64,000 nucleotides of DNA, from the IMG/VR virus record IMGVR_UViG_3300025410_000018. One strand, written 5' to 3'. This DNA is from an uncultured virus (IMG/VR IMGVR_UViG_3300025410_000018) (taxonomy: Duplodnaviria; Heunggongvirae; Uroviricota; Caudoviricetes). The notes under the pieces are model-generated. The model was not told the origin of the DNA. It made no database searches and saw only the letters and a program-made list of their open reading frames with translations. Position numbers and translations under genes: made by a program. Numbering within the stretch: position 1 is the stretch's first letter; each line of letters begins with the position of its first letter. Shown in pieces: positions 7,747-20,200 of this stretch.

Positions 7747-9293
7747 TAGATAATAAAGCAGTTATATTTAAAACACGAACGCCTGATAAGTATGGTGTAA
7801 TACCTAAGAGTCATATTGTTGCTGAGAACAACGGCGTGTATGAAGTTGCCGTTTATTGGGGACTTGATGAAGCAAGAGTACTACGTAACTTAGGAGTTAA
7901 AAATATTCAGTCACCGATTACTGCACGCTATCGCTTTCATGGTATGCACAAGCCATTTGCACATCAGGTTGATACTGCATCATTCTTAACTTTAAATCGT
8001 CGTGCTTTTGTTTTTAACGACCCCGGGACTGGTAAAACTATGTCTGCTCTATGGGCGGCTGATTATCTAATGGAGTTAAAAAAGATACGTAGATGTCTTG
8101 TGCTATGTCCTCTGTCGATTATGCACGATGCTTGGATGAACGGTATAGGTAAGAGTGTTATACATCGTAGTGCTATTGCGGCGCACCATCATCAGGCGGC
8201 TAAACGTATTGAGATGATTCAAGGAGACTATGAGTTTGTTATTGTTAACTATGATGGTCTAAACTTAATTGCTGATGAAATAATTAATGACGGTAGATTT
8301 GATTTAGTTATTGTTGATGAAGCAAACGCATATAAAAACGTAGCTACAAAAAGATGGAAGACACTAAATCGTATTCTTAAACCTGAGACTATGTTGTGGA
8401 TGATGACTGGTACACCTGCATCGCAGTCACCTTTAGATGCGTATGGTTTAGCTAAACTTGTTAACCCAAATGCAGTACCTAAATTTGCAACGGCATGGCG
8501 TGATAAAGTCATGCAGAAGATTACGATGTTTAAATGGATACCGAAGCAAGGCGCAAGCGAAGAAGTATTTAAAGTGTTACAGCCTGCGATACGTTACACC
8601 AAAGAAGAATGTCTTGACTTACCACCAGTTCTTACAGAGACACGTGACATACCACTAACACCTCAACAAATTAAATACTATCGCTTACTAAAAGATCAAA
8701 TGCTTGTCACTACAGCAGGAGAAACAATTACTGCGGTTAATGCGGCGGCTAGCGTTAATAAGTTGTTACAAATATCATCAGGTGCGGCATATACCGATGG
8801 GCAGGAAGTTGTAGAGTTTGATTGTGCGCCACGATTAAACGTGTTGTTAGAAGTACTACATGAAACATCAAGAAAAGTTATTGTGTTTGCAAACTTCAGG
8901 CATAATATTGAAGCTATACAAACACATTTAAATAAACATGGCATTGAGTGTGAAGCGATTCATGGCGACGTAAGTGTGTCTAAACGAACTGCCATATTTA
9001 AAAAGTTTCAGGAAACGCCAGTCCCGCGCATACTAGTCATACAACCTCAAGCCGCGTCACATGGTGTTACATTAACTGCGGCGGATACAGTTATATTTTT
9101 TGGACCTGTTATGTCTGTTGAAACTTATGTACAATGTATAGCACGTACAGATCGTATTGGACAGAATAGCAACAAAGTAACTGTTATACACTTGCAAGGT
9201 AGTGAAATCGAGCGTAAGATGTTTAAACGATTAGAGTCTCGTGTAGAAGACCACGGCATGTTATTAAAGTTATACGAAGATATTATTAAGTAG
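7737..9293 (+). CDS. SNF2-family superfamily II helicase
   Basis: DPGTGKT, IVDEA, MTGTP, HGVTLTAA, QCIARTDRIGQ motifs. Confidence 0.9.
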   Translation: MQIVDNKAVIFKTRTPDKYGVIPKSHIVAENNGVYEVAVYWGLDEARVLRNLGVKNIQSPITARYRFHGMHKPFAHQVDTASFLTLNRRAFVFNDPGTGKTMSALWAADYLMELKKIRRCLVLCPLSIMHDAWMNGIGKSVIHRSAIAAHHHQAAKRIEMIQGDYEFVIVNYDGLNLIADEIINDGRFDLVIVDEANAYKNVATKRWKTLNRILKPETMLWMMTGTPASQSPLDAYGLAKLVNPNAVPKFATAWRDKVMQKITMFKWIPKQGASEEVFKVLQPAIRYTKEECLDLPPVLTETRDIPLTPQQIKYYRLLKDQMLVTTAGETITAVNAAASVNKLLQISSGAAYTDGQEVVEFDCAPRLNVLLEVLHETSRKVIVFANFRHNIEAIQTHLNKHGIECEAIHGDVSVSKRTAIFKKFQETPVPRILVIQPQAASHGVTLTAADTVIFFGPVMSVETYVQCIARTDRIGQNSNKVTVIHLQGSEIERKMFKRLESRVEDHGMLLKLYEDIIK

Positions 9294-9336
9294 CACCATA
9301 AGTTAATTTAAATTTTTTAAGAAACCACATTTTATA

Positions 9337-9365
9337 TTGCATAATTGCCATTATTGTTGTAAATT
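9337..9365 (+). promoter_or_regulatory. sigma-70-like promoter
   Basis: TTGCAT-17bp-TAAATT in AT-rich intergenic gap before AAGGAG RBS. Confidence 0.5.
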
Positions 9366-9385
9366 ATTTGACAAAGGAGAAGTAA

Positions 9386-9796
9386 ATGACAACAGAAGAA
9401 ACAATACCTTTAGATAAACTTGCTCGTGTTTATCGTAAAATCCGTGACAAGATACAGGTATTAACTAAAGAATACGAGACTCAGGTTGAGGAGTTAAAGG
9501 CTCAGCAGTCTGAGATACAGAGTGCGATGAAAGACCAAATGCTTGCGTTAGGTAGTTCGTCAATCAAAACATCCGAGGGGACAATCATATTGGCTCAAAA
9601 GGTACGCTATTACACAGAAGATTGGGATTCATTTAAAAGCTTTGTGCTTGAGAACGATGCCCTTGACCTGTTTGAGAAACGTATTCATCAGACTAATATG
9701 GTTGCATTTTTGGATGAAAACCCCGGAGTCGTGCCGGCAGGTCTTAATAGCATGACAGAATATACAGTATCAGTTCGTAAACCAACCTCTAAATAA
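9386..9796 (+). CDS. conserved phage replication-module protein
   Basis: Strong RBS, N-terminal coiled coil, DWDSF...LFEKRI pattern. Confidence 0.7.
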   Translation: MTTEETIPLDKLARVYRKIRDKIQVLTKEYETQVEELKAQQSEIQSAMKDQMLALGSSSIKTSEGTIILAQKVRYYTEDWDSFKSFVLENDALDLFEKRIHQTNMVAFLDENPGVVPAGLNSMTEYTVSVRKPTSK

Positions 9797-9810
9797 GGAC
9801 AAGCAACAAC

Positions 9811-10710
9811 ATGAGTAATATTACTACTTTTAATCCTACTAAAGTTCCAGCATTTGTTAAGAAAGCTGAATTATCCTCAATCGCAAAAGCACTTGCAGGC
9901 GGCGGTACAGGCGGCACAAGCATGAAACGTATCTCGACAAAAGGCGGTGTATTCCGTTTATTGTCAGGCGGTAAAGAAGTGGCATCTATAGATGATCGCC
10001 ACCTTGATGTTGTAATTGTTAACGCCGCACCTAAAGTTAGCCGTACGTTTTATGCAGGGCAGTATATTGAAGGTGAAGCAAAAGGACCTGATTGTTGGTC
10101 AGCAGATGGTGACTTACCTGATGCAAGCGTAGCCGAACCACAAGCTAAATCATGCGCAACCTGCCCACAAAATATTAAAGGTTCAGGTCAGGGCGAATCA
10201 CGTGCTTGCCGTTTCTCTCAGCGTTTAGCAGTAGTTTTAGCTAATGACTTAGAGGGAGATGTTATGCAGTTAACTCTAGCGGCTACATCTATTTTTGGTA
10301 AAGACGAAGGCGAAGCACGTCGCCCATTACAAGCGTATGCTAGATTCCTAGCGGCTCAAAATATTAATCCTGAGATGGTTGTTACACGTCTTAAATTTGA
10401 TACAAAAGCCGCAGTACCTAAGTTGTTCTTTATGCCAGTTCGTTGGTTAGAAGATGATGAATATGCCTCAGCTATTGAAAAAGGACAGACCGAAGATGCC
10501 AAGCGTGCTGTTACAATGACTGTTTCACAAGCGGATAATGTAAAACCACCTGTGTTAGAACATAAAAAAGCAGCACCGATCGTTGAAGAAACAGAAGAAG
10601 TTGATGAGCCTGAAGTACGTAAAGAAACTAAGGCAAAACCAACGGCAGTACCCAAGAAAGCTAGTAGCTTAGCTTCAGTAGTAGATAATTGGGACGCAGA
10701 CGACGAGTAA
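9811..10710 (+). CDS. putative single-stranded DNA-binding/recombination protein
   Basis: Replication-module position, Cys cluster (PDCWS, CATCP, RACR), acidic aromatic tail WDADDE. Confidence 0.6.
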   Translation: MSNITTFNPTKVPAFVKKAELSSIAKALAGGGTGGTSMKRISTKGGVFRLLSGGKEVASIDDRHLDVVIVNAAPKVSRTFYAGQYIEGEAKGPDCWSADGDLPDASVAEPQAKSCATCPQNIKGSGQGESRACRFSQRLAVVLANDLEGDVMQLTLAATSIFGKDEGEARRPLQAYARFLAAQNINPEMVVTRLKFDTKAAVPKLFFMPVRWLEDDEYASAIEKGQTEDAKRAVTMTVSQADNVKPPVLEHKKAAPIVEETEEVDEPEVRKETKAKPTAVPKKASSLASVVDNWDADDE

Positions 10711-10716
10711 ATTAAT

Positions 10717-10732
10717 GGGGGCTTCTGCCCCC
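10717..10732 (+). terminator. GC hairpin after SSB-like gene
   Basis: GGGGGC-TTCT-GCCCCC; no clear U-tract. Confidence 0.4.
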
Positions 10733-10748
10733 TAAAAATGGAAACAGC

Positions 10749-11015
10749 ATGGCATATTCAAATATAATTAAAGAAACAACGGCTAAAGCGCCAAAGTCAC
10801 TAGGTAATCAACTAGGGCGATGGGCTATTCACCTTGATTTTCCAGTAATCAAGATAGCACAATATACTGGGGCAACTAGACAAACAGTCTATAACTGGTT
10901 TAGTGGAACTGAAGTAACGCCTGCATACAGGGAAAAAGTCAGTAATCTACTAAGGATTCTTCAATCAAGCAAAACATCAGACGAGGCACTACGCAATGTA
11001 CAAAAACATAATTGA
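10749..11015 (+). CDS. HTH DNA-binding protein (Cro-like)
   Basis: VIKIAQYTGATRQTVYNWFSG. Confidence 0.75.
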   Translation: MAYSNIIKETTAKAPKSLGNQLGRWAIHLDFPVIKIAQYTGATRQTVYNWFSGTEVTPAYREKVSNLLRILQSSKTSDEALRNVQKHN

Positions 11016-11136
11016 ACCAAGAACACTAACAGATAAAGAATTAATACGATTTGCGGAAGAACTTGTACATTCCGGTGAGATGCCGGTGGCAATGCAACTT
11101 GAACTAATTAAGCGTTTTTCTCATTACGTAAACTAA
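10996..11136 (+). CDS. 46-aa hypothetical protein (not in ORF track)
   Basis: MYKNIIEPRTLTDKELIRFAEE...; GAGG RBS; fills gap before primase. Confidence 0.55.
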   Translation: MYKNIIEPRTLTDKELIRFAEELVHSGEMPVAMQLELIKRFSHYVN

Positions 11137-11151
11137 TCTAGGGGAAGTCAT

Positions 11152-14070
11152 ATGAAGTCGCAGGATTTCCTAGCGACTGTACTTCCGTCTTCAGGTGCGT
11201 ATTGCGCTTGCGAATTTAGTACAGTTGAAAAAAACAGAGTGTTCGTTGATACGATTGAAGAGACGTATAATGCGGCGATGTCATTTAGCCATTCGGGTTA
11301 TGAGTCTTTCTATGCTCTAGCTACTTTTGGTAATGATGTAGACGATAAAGGCGTGCGCAGACGTACGGCGGCAAATGCTTTAAAGATTAAATCTTTGTTC
11401 TTAGATATTGACTGTGGAGAAGGAAAGGACTATCCTAACAAGACCGAAGCTGCTGCGGCGTTGGATAAGTTTTTGTCTGAAACTTCTTTAGCAGAGTTAG
11501 GAACGCCATGGATTTTATCTAGTGGGGGCGGACTACACGTATACTGGGCGTTTGAGGAAGAAGTTGATATAGTAGACTGGAAACCAGTAGCCGAAAACCT
11601 CAAGCGTCTTTGCGCCAAAAACGGATTTAAGATAGATCAAAACGTCACGGCAGATGCGGCAAGGGTATTGCGTGTACCCGACACCTACAATTACAAGATA
11701 AAAGACAAGCCACGCAAAGTAAAAATAATGGTGGAGTCAAACCCGCAGACGTTTAATTTTAAAACAGTTGCACAAAATCTTAGAGAGAAAATGAACGGCT
11801 CAGCGTATGAGTTACTTCAATCTAGTATAAGTTTAGCAGGCACTAAACCAAAAGCAGACGCAACAACTAACAGCGTTAAGCTAATTGAAAATTCTATTAC
11901 TTTATTCAAGAATATCGAACGGACAACCGAGCCTTGCTTGCAGTTAAAACACTACGAAGAACACGCCGCAAACGATGGTATGGAGCCGTTATGGTACGCT
12001 TGGATTTCTATTGCCAAACGCTGTGAAGATGGATTTGAGTATGCAAAGAAGTTAGGAGACATGCATCCATACGATGAAAAACGTCTTACTGACAAATGGA
12101 ATCACTCAAAAGGACCAACTCCTTGCTTAAAATTTGATAGTTTAAACCCAAATGTATGCGAGAAATGCCCACACTACGGCAAAATAACCAACCCATTAGC
12201 GTTAGGTAGAGATGTTAAGGTAGATAATGAAGCAAAAGACATACTTATAAGTAAAGAAAACGTACCTGAACAAATACTTATAAGTAAACCAATACCGCCT
12301 AAAGGATTTAGTTATGGTGCAAAAGGCGGTATTTACATAGACAAAAATGTTGAGGATGAGAACGGTAACAAGACTAAAAAGCCAATGATGTTGTTGTCTT
12401 ACGATTTATTTGTTGTTGATATTTTATTTACTGAAGGCGAGCATTACGCACATTTAATGGCTATGCGCCCTGAAGGACCTGTTGATGTTATGTTGCAACA
12501 GAAAAGTATTATAAGTAAAGATGAGACATTAAAAACTTTAGCTTCACAAAATGTCATCGCCTGCTATGGTGGCTTGGATAAAGAATTGTTTTACTATGTA
12601 CGTGCGGCGGTTGAACACGCTAGCACAAACAAAAGACCTGTTAAAGTACCTGCAAGTTACGGTTGGCAGGAAGATGGTATAAATGATGACGGCTCACTTA
12701 GATACAGTTCGTTTGTTTATAACTCACGTATTTATTACCCCGACGGTAGAATAATATTTGTACCAATGCCCGGACTTGCTAACATTAATAACGCTTGTAG
12801 ACCAACAGGTTCATTTGATGCTTGGAAGAAAGCCGTTGATATGCTAGTAGCCCGTGAATTTAGCGACATTCTTACTATGGGTTTAATTGGTCCTGCGTCG
12901 CTTCTTATGGAATTTCAAACAGGTATAAATGGTATGACATACCATATGGGTTCTTCAGAGTCAGGCACAGGTAAAAGCTTAGCACAAATGTTAGCCTGTA
13001 GTTTCTTTGGTTCACCTAACCTGTACAAGCTAAGTCAAAGTACGTCTCCTGTAGCGATTCAGCAACGTGCTGGTATACTCCGTAACTTCTCAATTATTAC
13101 AGACGAGGTAACAACTAAAAGCCGTAATGATTTTGAATGGCTACCTGCACACTTGATGGATAAGTCGCAGGGTAAAGGTAAAGATCGTATGGAATCGGGT
13201 GCAAACAAAGAAAGAGAAAACACAACCGTATGGAAGAGTATTGATCTTTTTTCATCCAACACGCACGCCACGGACTACCTAGCTGGTACAAGGAAGCACT
13301 CATCACAAGCGGAACTTTTACGTATTTTAGAAATGAAGATGACTGTTAAGATTCAACTTAACGATACTGAAATTGATTTAGTTAAAAGCTTAAGCAATAA
13401 TTACGGCGTAGCAGGCGATAAACTAATTAGATGGATGGTTACTAACATTGATACAGTTAAAAAAGTTTTAGAAGATACTACATTGGCTCTCAAAAAAGAA
13501 TTTAATGGCACGCCAGATGAGCGTTTCTGGACTGCGGGTAATGGTTGTATTGTAACTATGGCTATTTTGTTAGGTAAAAAATATGCGAACATCGTTGACA
13601 TACCTGTAAAACCTGTTATAGAATCTTTGCGCAAGATGGTGGAAGATAGCAGAAAGCTTATCAAAGGTAACAAGCGTACGGCAGAAGATATTCTTAATAG
13701 TTACACCCGTGAAAATTACGGTAAATTTGTTGTTGTTAAAGTTGTTGAGGGTAAGTTAGAAGCTATACTAGGTAGTGGCGGTACGATTGATCAGTCTATA
13801 ACACGTTCACAAGTAACTGGTAGGGTTGAGCATGACGTTACGCCTAACCATATTGACTATTTTATTGAAGAACAACAACTACGTGCGCATTGTGTAACGA
13901 TGAGTTATGGCTACGATGACTTTAAAAAGGAAATTGAAAAACTGCCTAACTACAAAGTGATGTACAAAAAGAAAGACATGCTAGGTAAAACTAGAGGTCC
14001 TCAAATGCGAGTTAATGTTATGCATATCTGCCGCCCATTAGAAGACGATATATTTAATAAAGATGATTAA
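11152..14070 (+). CDS. primase-helicase (AEP/RepB-like primase, Cys-rich domain, DUF927-like helicase)
   Basis: FLDIDCG, SSGGGLHVYW, RVLRVPDT, CEKCPH, Walker A SESGTGKS, TDE Walker B-like. Confidence 0.85.
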   Translation: MKSQDFLATVLPSSGAYCACEFSTVEKNRVFVDTIEETYNAAMSFSHSGYESFYALATFGNDVDDKGVRRRTAANALKIKSLFLDIDCGEGKDYPNKTEAAAALDKFLSETSLAELGTPWILSSGGGLHVYWAFEEEVDIVDWKPVAENLKRLCAKNGFKIDQNVTADAARVLRVPDTYNYKIKDKPRKVKIMVESNPQTFNFKTVAQNLREKMNGSAYELLQSSISLAGTKPKADATTNSVKLIENSITLFKNIERTTEPCLQLKHYEEHAANDGMEPLWYAWISIAKRCEDGFEYAKKLGDMHPYDEKRLTDKWNHSKGPTPCLKFDSLNPNVCEKCPHYGKITNPLALGRDVKVDNEAKDILISKENVPEQILISKPIPPKGFSYGAKGGIYIDKNVEDENGNKTKKPMMLLSYDLFVVDILFTEGEHYAHLMAMRPEGPVDVMLQQKSIISKDETLKTLASQNVIACYGGLDKELFYYVRAAVEHASTNKRPVKVPASYGWQEDGINDDGSLRYSSFVYNSRIYYPDGRIIFVPMPGLANINNACRPTGSFDAWKKAVDMLVAREFSDILTMGLIGPASLLMEFQTGINGMTYHMGSSESGTGKSLAQMLACSFFGSPNLYKLSQSTSPVAIQQRAGILRNFSIITDEVTTKSRNDFEWLPAHLMDKSQGKGKDRMESGANKERENTTVWKSIDLFSSNTHATDYLAGTRKHSSQAELLRILEMKMTVKIQLNDTEIDLVKSLSNNYGVAGDKLIRWMVTNIDTVKKVLEDTTLALKKEFNGTPDERFWTAGNGCIVTMAILLGKKYANIVDIPVKPVIESLRKMVEDSRKLIKGNKRTAEDILNSYTRENYGKFVVVKVVEGKLEAILGSGGTIDQSITRSQVTGRVEHDVTPNHIDYFIEEQQLRAHCVTMSYGYDDFKKEIEKLPNYKVMYKKKDMLGKTRGPQMRVNVMHICRPLEDDIFNKDD

Positions 14071-14248
14071 AGTGCATTACCCGTGGTCTACAACCCCCGT
14101 AAAAGGGGGTTTTTTCGTTCCAACACTTCAGTTGGAAAAGGTTAAACTTGATGGGCTAAAAGCGGCTATCTACAACAAAGTAAAAGCAACGGCAGAGTTT
14201 GGTATAAAAGATGGCAAGCTAGGCGTTTGGTTTACCCGCGTGCGCTAG
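14063..14248 (+). CDS. small hypothetical protein
   Basis: Overlaps primase stop; YPW...GGFFVP pattern. Confidence 0.55.
   Translation: MIKVHYPWSTTPVKGGFFVPTLQLEKVKLDGLKAAIYNKVKATAEFGIKDGKLGVWFTRVR
14092..14115 (+). terminator. rho-independent terminator after primase-helicase
   Basis: AACCCCC-GTAAAA-GGGGGTT then T-run. Confidence 0.55.
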
Positions 14249-17200
14249 CGGAAAGGTCTTTAGCTAAAGCAATTTTATCTTGTCTTATTTCATCCAAACG
14301 TCTACGTTTTTCTTGTGGCGACATCTTAGGATTGCTTCTCACATCACGCTCTTCTTGAGTTAAATCACCCATTTGTTTGCGGAATGTACCAGCCGCACTC
14401 TCTAAACCAATTATGTCAGCTTTAGCATCTAATAGAGCATCGGCTTCTTTTACACGCCCTTCGTCTTCATACTTCTTGTATGTTTCTGCCGTGCGTCTAA
14501 TATCTTCCATATCTTTATATGCTTTATCAATTAAGCGTCGACCATCAATAGGCTGGAAGAAAGCGCCAACAACAGGGGTTTCTGATAATCTTCTAGAAGG
14601 CGCTTCAACTTCTGCAAATTCTTTTGATTTAAACATCGGGTTAGTAAGTGATGCAATAGCTAACGGCAAACTACCTGTATAACCTCTTATTAAATACTCA
14701 AGTCTATTAGGCGATATATTAAATACTTTGCCAATTTGTTTAGCTATCTCAGTTGTTCTGTCGCCATATCTTTCAGCAGGATCAAATCCTTGCAAACGCT
14801 GAGAATCAATAGCTGCATCTGTATAGAATGAATAATTTAATGCAGCTTCTAATGCAGGTTTAAATGCTTGCGGTAATCCATATGAACTAGCGCCGGGTAT
14901 CTGTTTAGCAAATTGAACAAGTAAAGCCTTATTAGTATCTGCGGAATCAAGATTTTTATTTGAAGCATTAACTAAAGCTTCGGGTACGGCTTTAAATATT
15001 AAACCAATTTCAAATGGAATAGGCACTCTTAACGGTTCATCAGAAAACGGAACTTTAATAAACCAGTTATTTAAGCGCTCTTCATCCGTAGCATTTAAAT
15101 AAGACTCGTCGTCACTCATCATCATAGCGTAAGCCATACTAGTAGCGGCAAGAGTTAAACCACGCTGCATTAATTTTTTTCTTACTTGAAGCTTTTGCTC
15201 AAATGGCATCTTACCTGTAAACGCTTTATATAGTACATCAAGACCCTGAATCTGTGCGTTCATAAAAGGAATAACTTGTGTAGCCATAAATAAACTTGGT
15301 GATGTACCACGCTTACTAAAGTTCATAGATTCTAGCGTTGCAAGAGTTGCTTCCATGTCAGACAGACCTTGTCTAATAAAATCATTATATAAAGCAACAC
15401 GTGTAGACGCATCGCCTTTAACTGCAAGACTATCTAAACTAGATATAAGCGTGTTTATATTAAAACCTTCTTTACCTTTGGCAAGATCCGCCATAATCTT
15501 ACGTTGATCTTCAGACGTACCTGTTAAAACTTGCCCACCTAAAATACCACGACGTTGTAATTCTTTTTCTGTTTCACTTCTACCAGTTAACATTTTGCCT
15601 GTTTCTTTTAGTGAAGACATAATAGGCGTTGAATTAGCACCCGTTAAAATATAAGCGCTTAAAGAATCACGTACAATTTGACGAGCCGCATACGCAGGAT
15701 TTCTTACAACCCATTTACGCAAGAAATTAGATGGTATGTTCATTGTCTTAATAATAGTAGGTAGAGATGTATTAACGCCTTCTAAACCTTTAACTAATAA
15801 TTCAGATGGTATTCCTGCATTTTCAGAATTTACTTCAGCCCAATATAAATCGCCGTCTCGTTTAAAATGAATAACTGTTGGTCTAGCAGGACCCGGACCT
15901 TTGTAAATACCGTTGTCATTTTTTTTATCAGATTTTACGTTTAAATAACCAAGTTCACTTAAACCATAAGCCGTATTGCGAGCAGCTAGGTTACGTAACG
16001 CCATATCTGTAAGCATAGAAGTGTTCTGTAACGCACTAGTAAACACATCCATAATAGGCTTATCGCCACCAACTAATTCATGTAAGTAAGGTTGATCTTT
16101 TAAGTTACCAATTTTTACTGATGGCGCACCTTTAATATCTAAAAATACTTCATTAGTATTTTTATCAACACGATAGAAAGGCACGTAATCTTTTTCAGCT
16201 AACATTTTTGCGGCGGCATCTTTATTTAAAGCCCCTGTTTTAACCGCAAAATTAATTAAACCTTTGTTATACTCATTGTAAATATCCGCAGCTTTCTCAA
16301 ACGCAGCTTTAGTCTTAGCATCAGAACTAACCGCATTTAACACATTTGTTAACATTTCAGGTGTAACATTACCACTAAAATCTAAAGCGTTAATGCCTTT
16401 ATTTTTAGCACGAATAGCGGCTAAATATTTAGTAAACATTTCAACTGCCGCTTCGTGGTTTCCTACATTTGCGCCACGCAAAGCCTCTGCCATTTTTTTC
16501 AAGCTAGCGCCTTCTTGTGACTCAATTAATATTTCTTTAGTGCCATCTTTACGTGTTTTTTCTACTAAATCAATAGGACCTCTAGATGTAATTTCGCCAA
16601 CCCAAGTCATACGTTGATCGTGCATACGTAAAAAATACATAAGCTGCGTGGCTTTTAAAGAATCTTTCATCTTTTCAGCAACTTTTTCTACTGGAGCAAA
16701 TCGGTCAATAAGTTTAGTTCTCCAAGCAAGTCCTGAACTATTAGCGCGCACACTACTTAATATGCTTTTTGGCATAGCAACCATAGCCTCTGTTTCTTTA
16801 GCTACGTCGGCAAATTTACTGTTGTAAGTAGGATGTACGTTAAATAAAATATCTCCATCTGCATTTTTATAAGCGCCGGGTGCCATTTCTTTAAACTCTT
16901 TGCGCGCATCTCTTAACATCTTGTAAATGTCGCTAGTAGATATATCTAAATCAACACCCCTTTTTCTTAATGCAGCACGCACAGCGCCTACCATAGCTTT
17001 AATAAATTCGTTGGCTTTAGCTAAAAACCCTTTGTCTGGTCGAGCCTCTTCAGTATGGGCAATCAATTCACGCATTGCCGCCAAGTTAGCTTCTTCATTT
17101 GTTTTGCCATTACGTTTAGCAGCAGCGTATGCAGCTTGTGCATCTTCGCCAACTTCTAACTTATCAGCTAAACCCATTATCCCGCCTTCTTGTTTTTCAA

Positions 17201-20200
17201 CTTTATTGGCTAAAGTTTTCATACCTTCTTCACCAATAGTAGTTTCAATACCCAAGTGACCAGTAATTTCGTGCGCCATCGTACGTTGTAAATCTTTTAC
17301 GTCAGCGTGGTTTTCTGCAACAATAAATACAGAGCCATCAGGCAAAACACCGCCACGTACTTCATCAGGGTTATACCCTAACTCTTCAATTCTATCTTTA
17401 AGACTTCCTGACAACTTACTAAGAACCGTTATATTTAAACCTTTAGGTACTTTAATTTTGCTAATAACTTTATTAGCTTCATCTTGACTAATACCTACAC
17501 CGCCATGTGCAGGCTCAATACGAAAATGAATATTGGGTTTACCAAAAAATAAACCTGATTCAACCGCTTCAAAATCTTGTCTAGATACACCAATATCCCT
17601 AGCTTCTTGTTCAACATCTTTAAAAACTTTTTTAACTTTTTTATTTGCCGCTTTAACGCCTGTTTTCATTTTAGGCGGTGTTGGTTTACTTTTATCAATA
17701 AATCCCTGCGCTTCAAGGCGTTTGTTTGCTAATTTTTCATCTAATTTTTTTTGTAAATATTTAGCTGAATTATTTTGTTTCTTTGCCAAATTGTTAAATT
17801 TGTTAGCTTCTGCTTTTGTTTTTGCTTCTTTTGCTTTGTAAGTATTTAACTCCGCTTGTATTTTATATTTTTTAATTAATGCTTCTGTTTCTTCAACAGT
17901 AAGTTGTTTTTGCGCAAGATTTCTAACAGCTTGCATCTGTTTAGCGCCTTCAATAGTTTCTTTTTTTACTTTAGCCGCTTGTTCTTCTTTAGTTAGCGGC
18001 TCTAGTGTTTGAGTAAGCTTTTGTTGTATTGGAGACAACTGCGCTATTTTATCTGCTCTTAATTTAGCTATTTCTCTAGCAACCTTGTTGTACTCTGTAG
18101 TACCTTCTGTTAACTTTTCAAGTTGTTCTTTTTTTGCTTTAAGTTCTTTGTTAGTATCAACTAAACTTTCTTGAGCAACAGTTAACTGCGTGTTTATAAC
18201 AACAGTTCTTCTAACCCCCGGCAAAGATTCTAGGGCTTCTAGCCGTTGTTGTTCCGCTTTACGTTTTTCACCTACTTGGGCTTCTAAAAGATTTAAAACT
18301 TCAGCGCTAAGTTTTGCTTGTTTAGCACGTTCTGCGTCTAAACTCTTACTAAGTTCTACTGAATCAGCTTGTCCAGCGGCTACAGCTTTTTTATATTTTT
18401 CTTCAAGACCGTTAAGAATACCTATTTCTAATTCAACATTAGCATTTATTAACTGGTTTGCGCGTTCGTGCAAAGCATCTATTACTTTAAGTCTTTCATC
18501 GGCAGTTGCATCTATATGTTTTAAAACTTTTCGTAGGTCTATCGTTTCTTTTTCATCTATCGTTTCTTTTTCATCTACCGTTTCTTTTTTATTTTGACTT
18601 TTAGTAAGCGTTTCTATCTTTTTACGCTTTTCTTCTATCTGTTTATTAAGATCTTTAACACGCTCATTACCGCTTATTTTTTCTTCAGGATTTTGTGGCT
18701 GTATTTCTGCCTGTTCTTTTACTAAATTGTTTATTTCTTTTTGCGTTTTTTTAATTTCTTTTTTAAGTTTATCTACTTCTTTAATAGATTCAACAACTTT
18801 ACTGCGCATATTCCACAGCTGTTCTGCATTATTTCTAAGATTGCTAACACTTTCGTCAACATTGATTAAGTCTTCAATAAAAGATCTTTGCGCGGCAAGA
18901 TCATCTAAAAGATCGCGGTTTATTGTTTTTTTCTTTTTGTTTGCTTCTGCTCTATCTTTTATTTCTTGTAATTTTTTTTCTATTTCTTGTTTAGCAAACT
19001 TAAATTTTTGAGACTGAATTGCTACTAAACGCATAAAATTTTTAGGCGTTGCACGAACTGTAGCTGTTTGAAATTCAGATAAAGCTTTATCAGAAAACAA
19101 ATCCCCTTGATTAATATTGCCTATGTTAGACACATCAACTTTTTTACCAGCTTCTTTTTCACGAGGTGTTAAAGCGCTGGGTTCTGAAACTTCATATACA
19201 GGAGTTTCTATTATTGCGTTAGTCGTTGTATCAACTGTTGGGTAAGATCCTGTTTTTCTAACTTTAGAAACATCTGTAGGCGCTTCTTCTTTTTTTGGTC
19301 TGCCATCCTGTATCTTTAAAGCAAATTCTTCTTCAGCAACGCCATATTTGTTTTTAATATTTTGCAGTTCTTTTTCAAGAGGGCTTAAGTTTTCAAGCTT
19401 ATTTTCTTTGCGGTACTTAGATCTAAACTCCCCTTTTAGCTTACCTACTTTAGTAGCTTCTTCACCAACACCAGCGCCTTTTAAATTAACTTTAGTAGGC
19501 AGTTCAGCATATTCTAATGCCGCAGCATCTTTATTTTTAATAACATTGTTTATTTTGTCACGAAGTTCTTGAACTAAAATTAGCACTTCGCCATCATTTA
19601 ATACCTGCTGCCCATTCTTTTTACGTATTGCATCAATCTCTTCGATAGCGTGAAGTATATAGTTTCTACCCGCTGCGTTAGCTTTTTGTTCTGCCTTAGC
19701 ATCATCAGGGTTTTCTTCTAACGTATCCAAATGCGTTTGTAAAGCATCGAGAGATTCTTGTTGTTTACGTTCTAAGTATTTTTCAGGTGTTACTTTTTCG
19801 CCAGTAACTTGTTTGGCATACTCATGCTTATATCTATCTTCAGCTTCAGCAATTTCTCCAAGCAATTCATCGGGTCTATCTTTAGCGTACCAAGGAATAT
19901 TGGCACCCATTTTTTCTAAAGTCGCTTTTTCTTTTTTAAGAGCATCAAGCTTATCTTTAAGTTCTTTTAATGTTGGTTTTTTAAAGTAAGAATCTGCAAT
20001 ACCTTTAGACTCTTCAATTTCGTTTTGTGCTTCTTCTTGTTTAAGAAGCTCTTCATTGATTGGCTCTTTTTGTGCTTTTTCTTCTGCAACACGTTTTTCG
20101 TATTCAGGGTAGGTTAATTCTTTCTCACCTTCAAACAAAGACGTTTGTTCAGTCGGCATCTTTTCAAAAGCTTTTAAGTTACTTTGCGTCTCTTCTATAC

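Noticed and set aside
14377..19572. Several plus-strand ORFs antisense to the 2548-aa gene
   Set aside because: Ser/Phe/Leu-rich mirror translations of Lys/Glu codons, no RBS.
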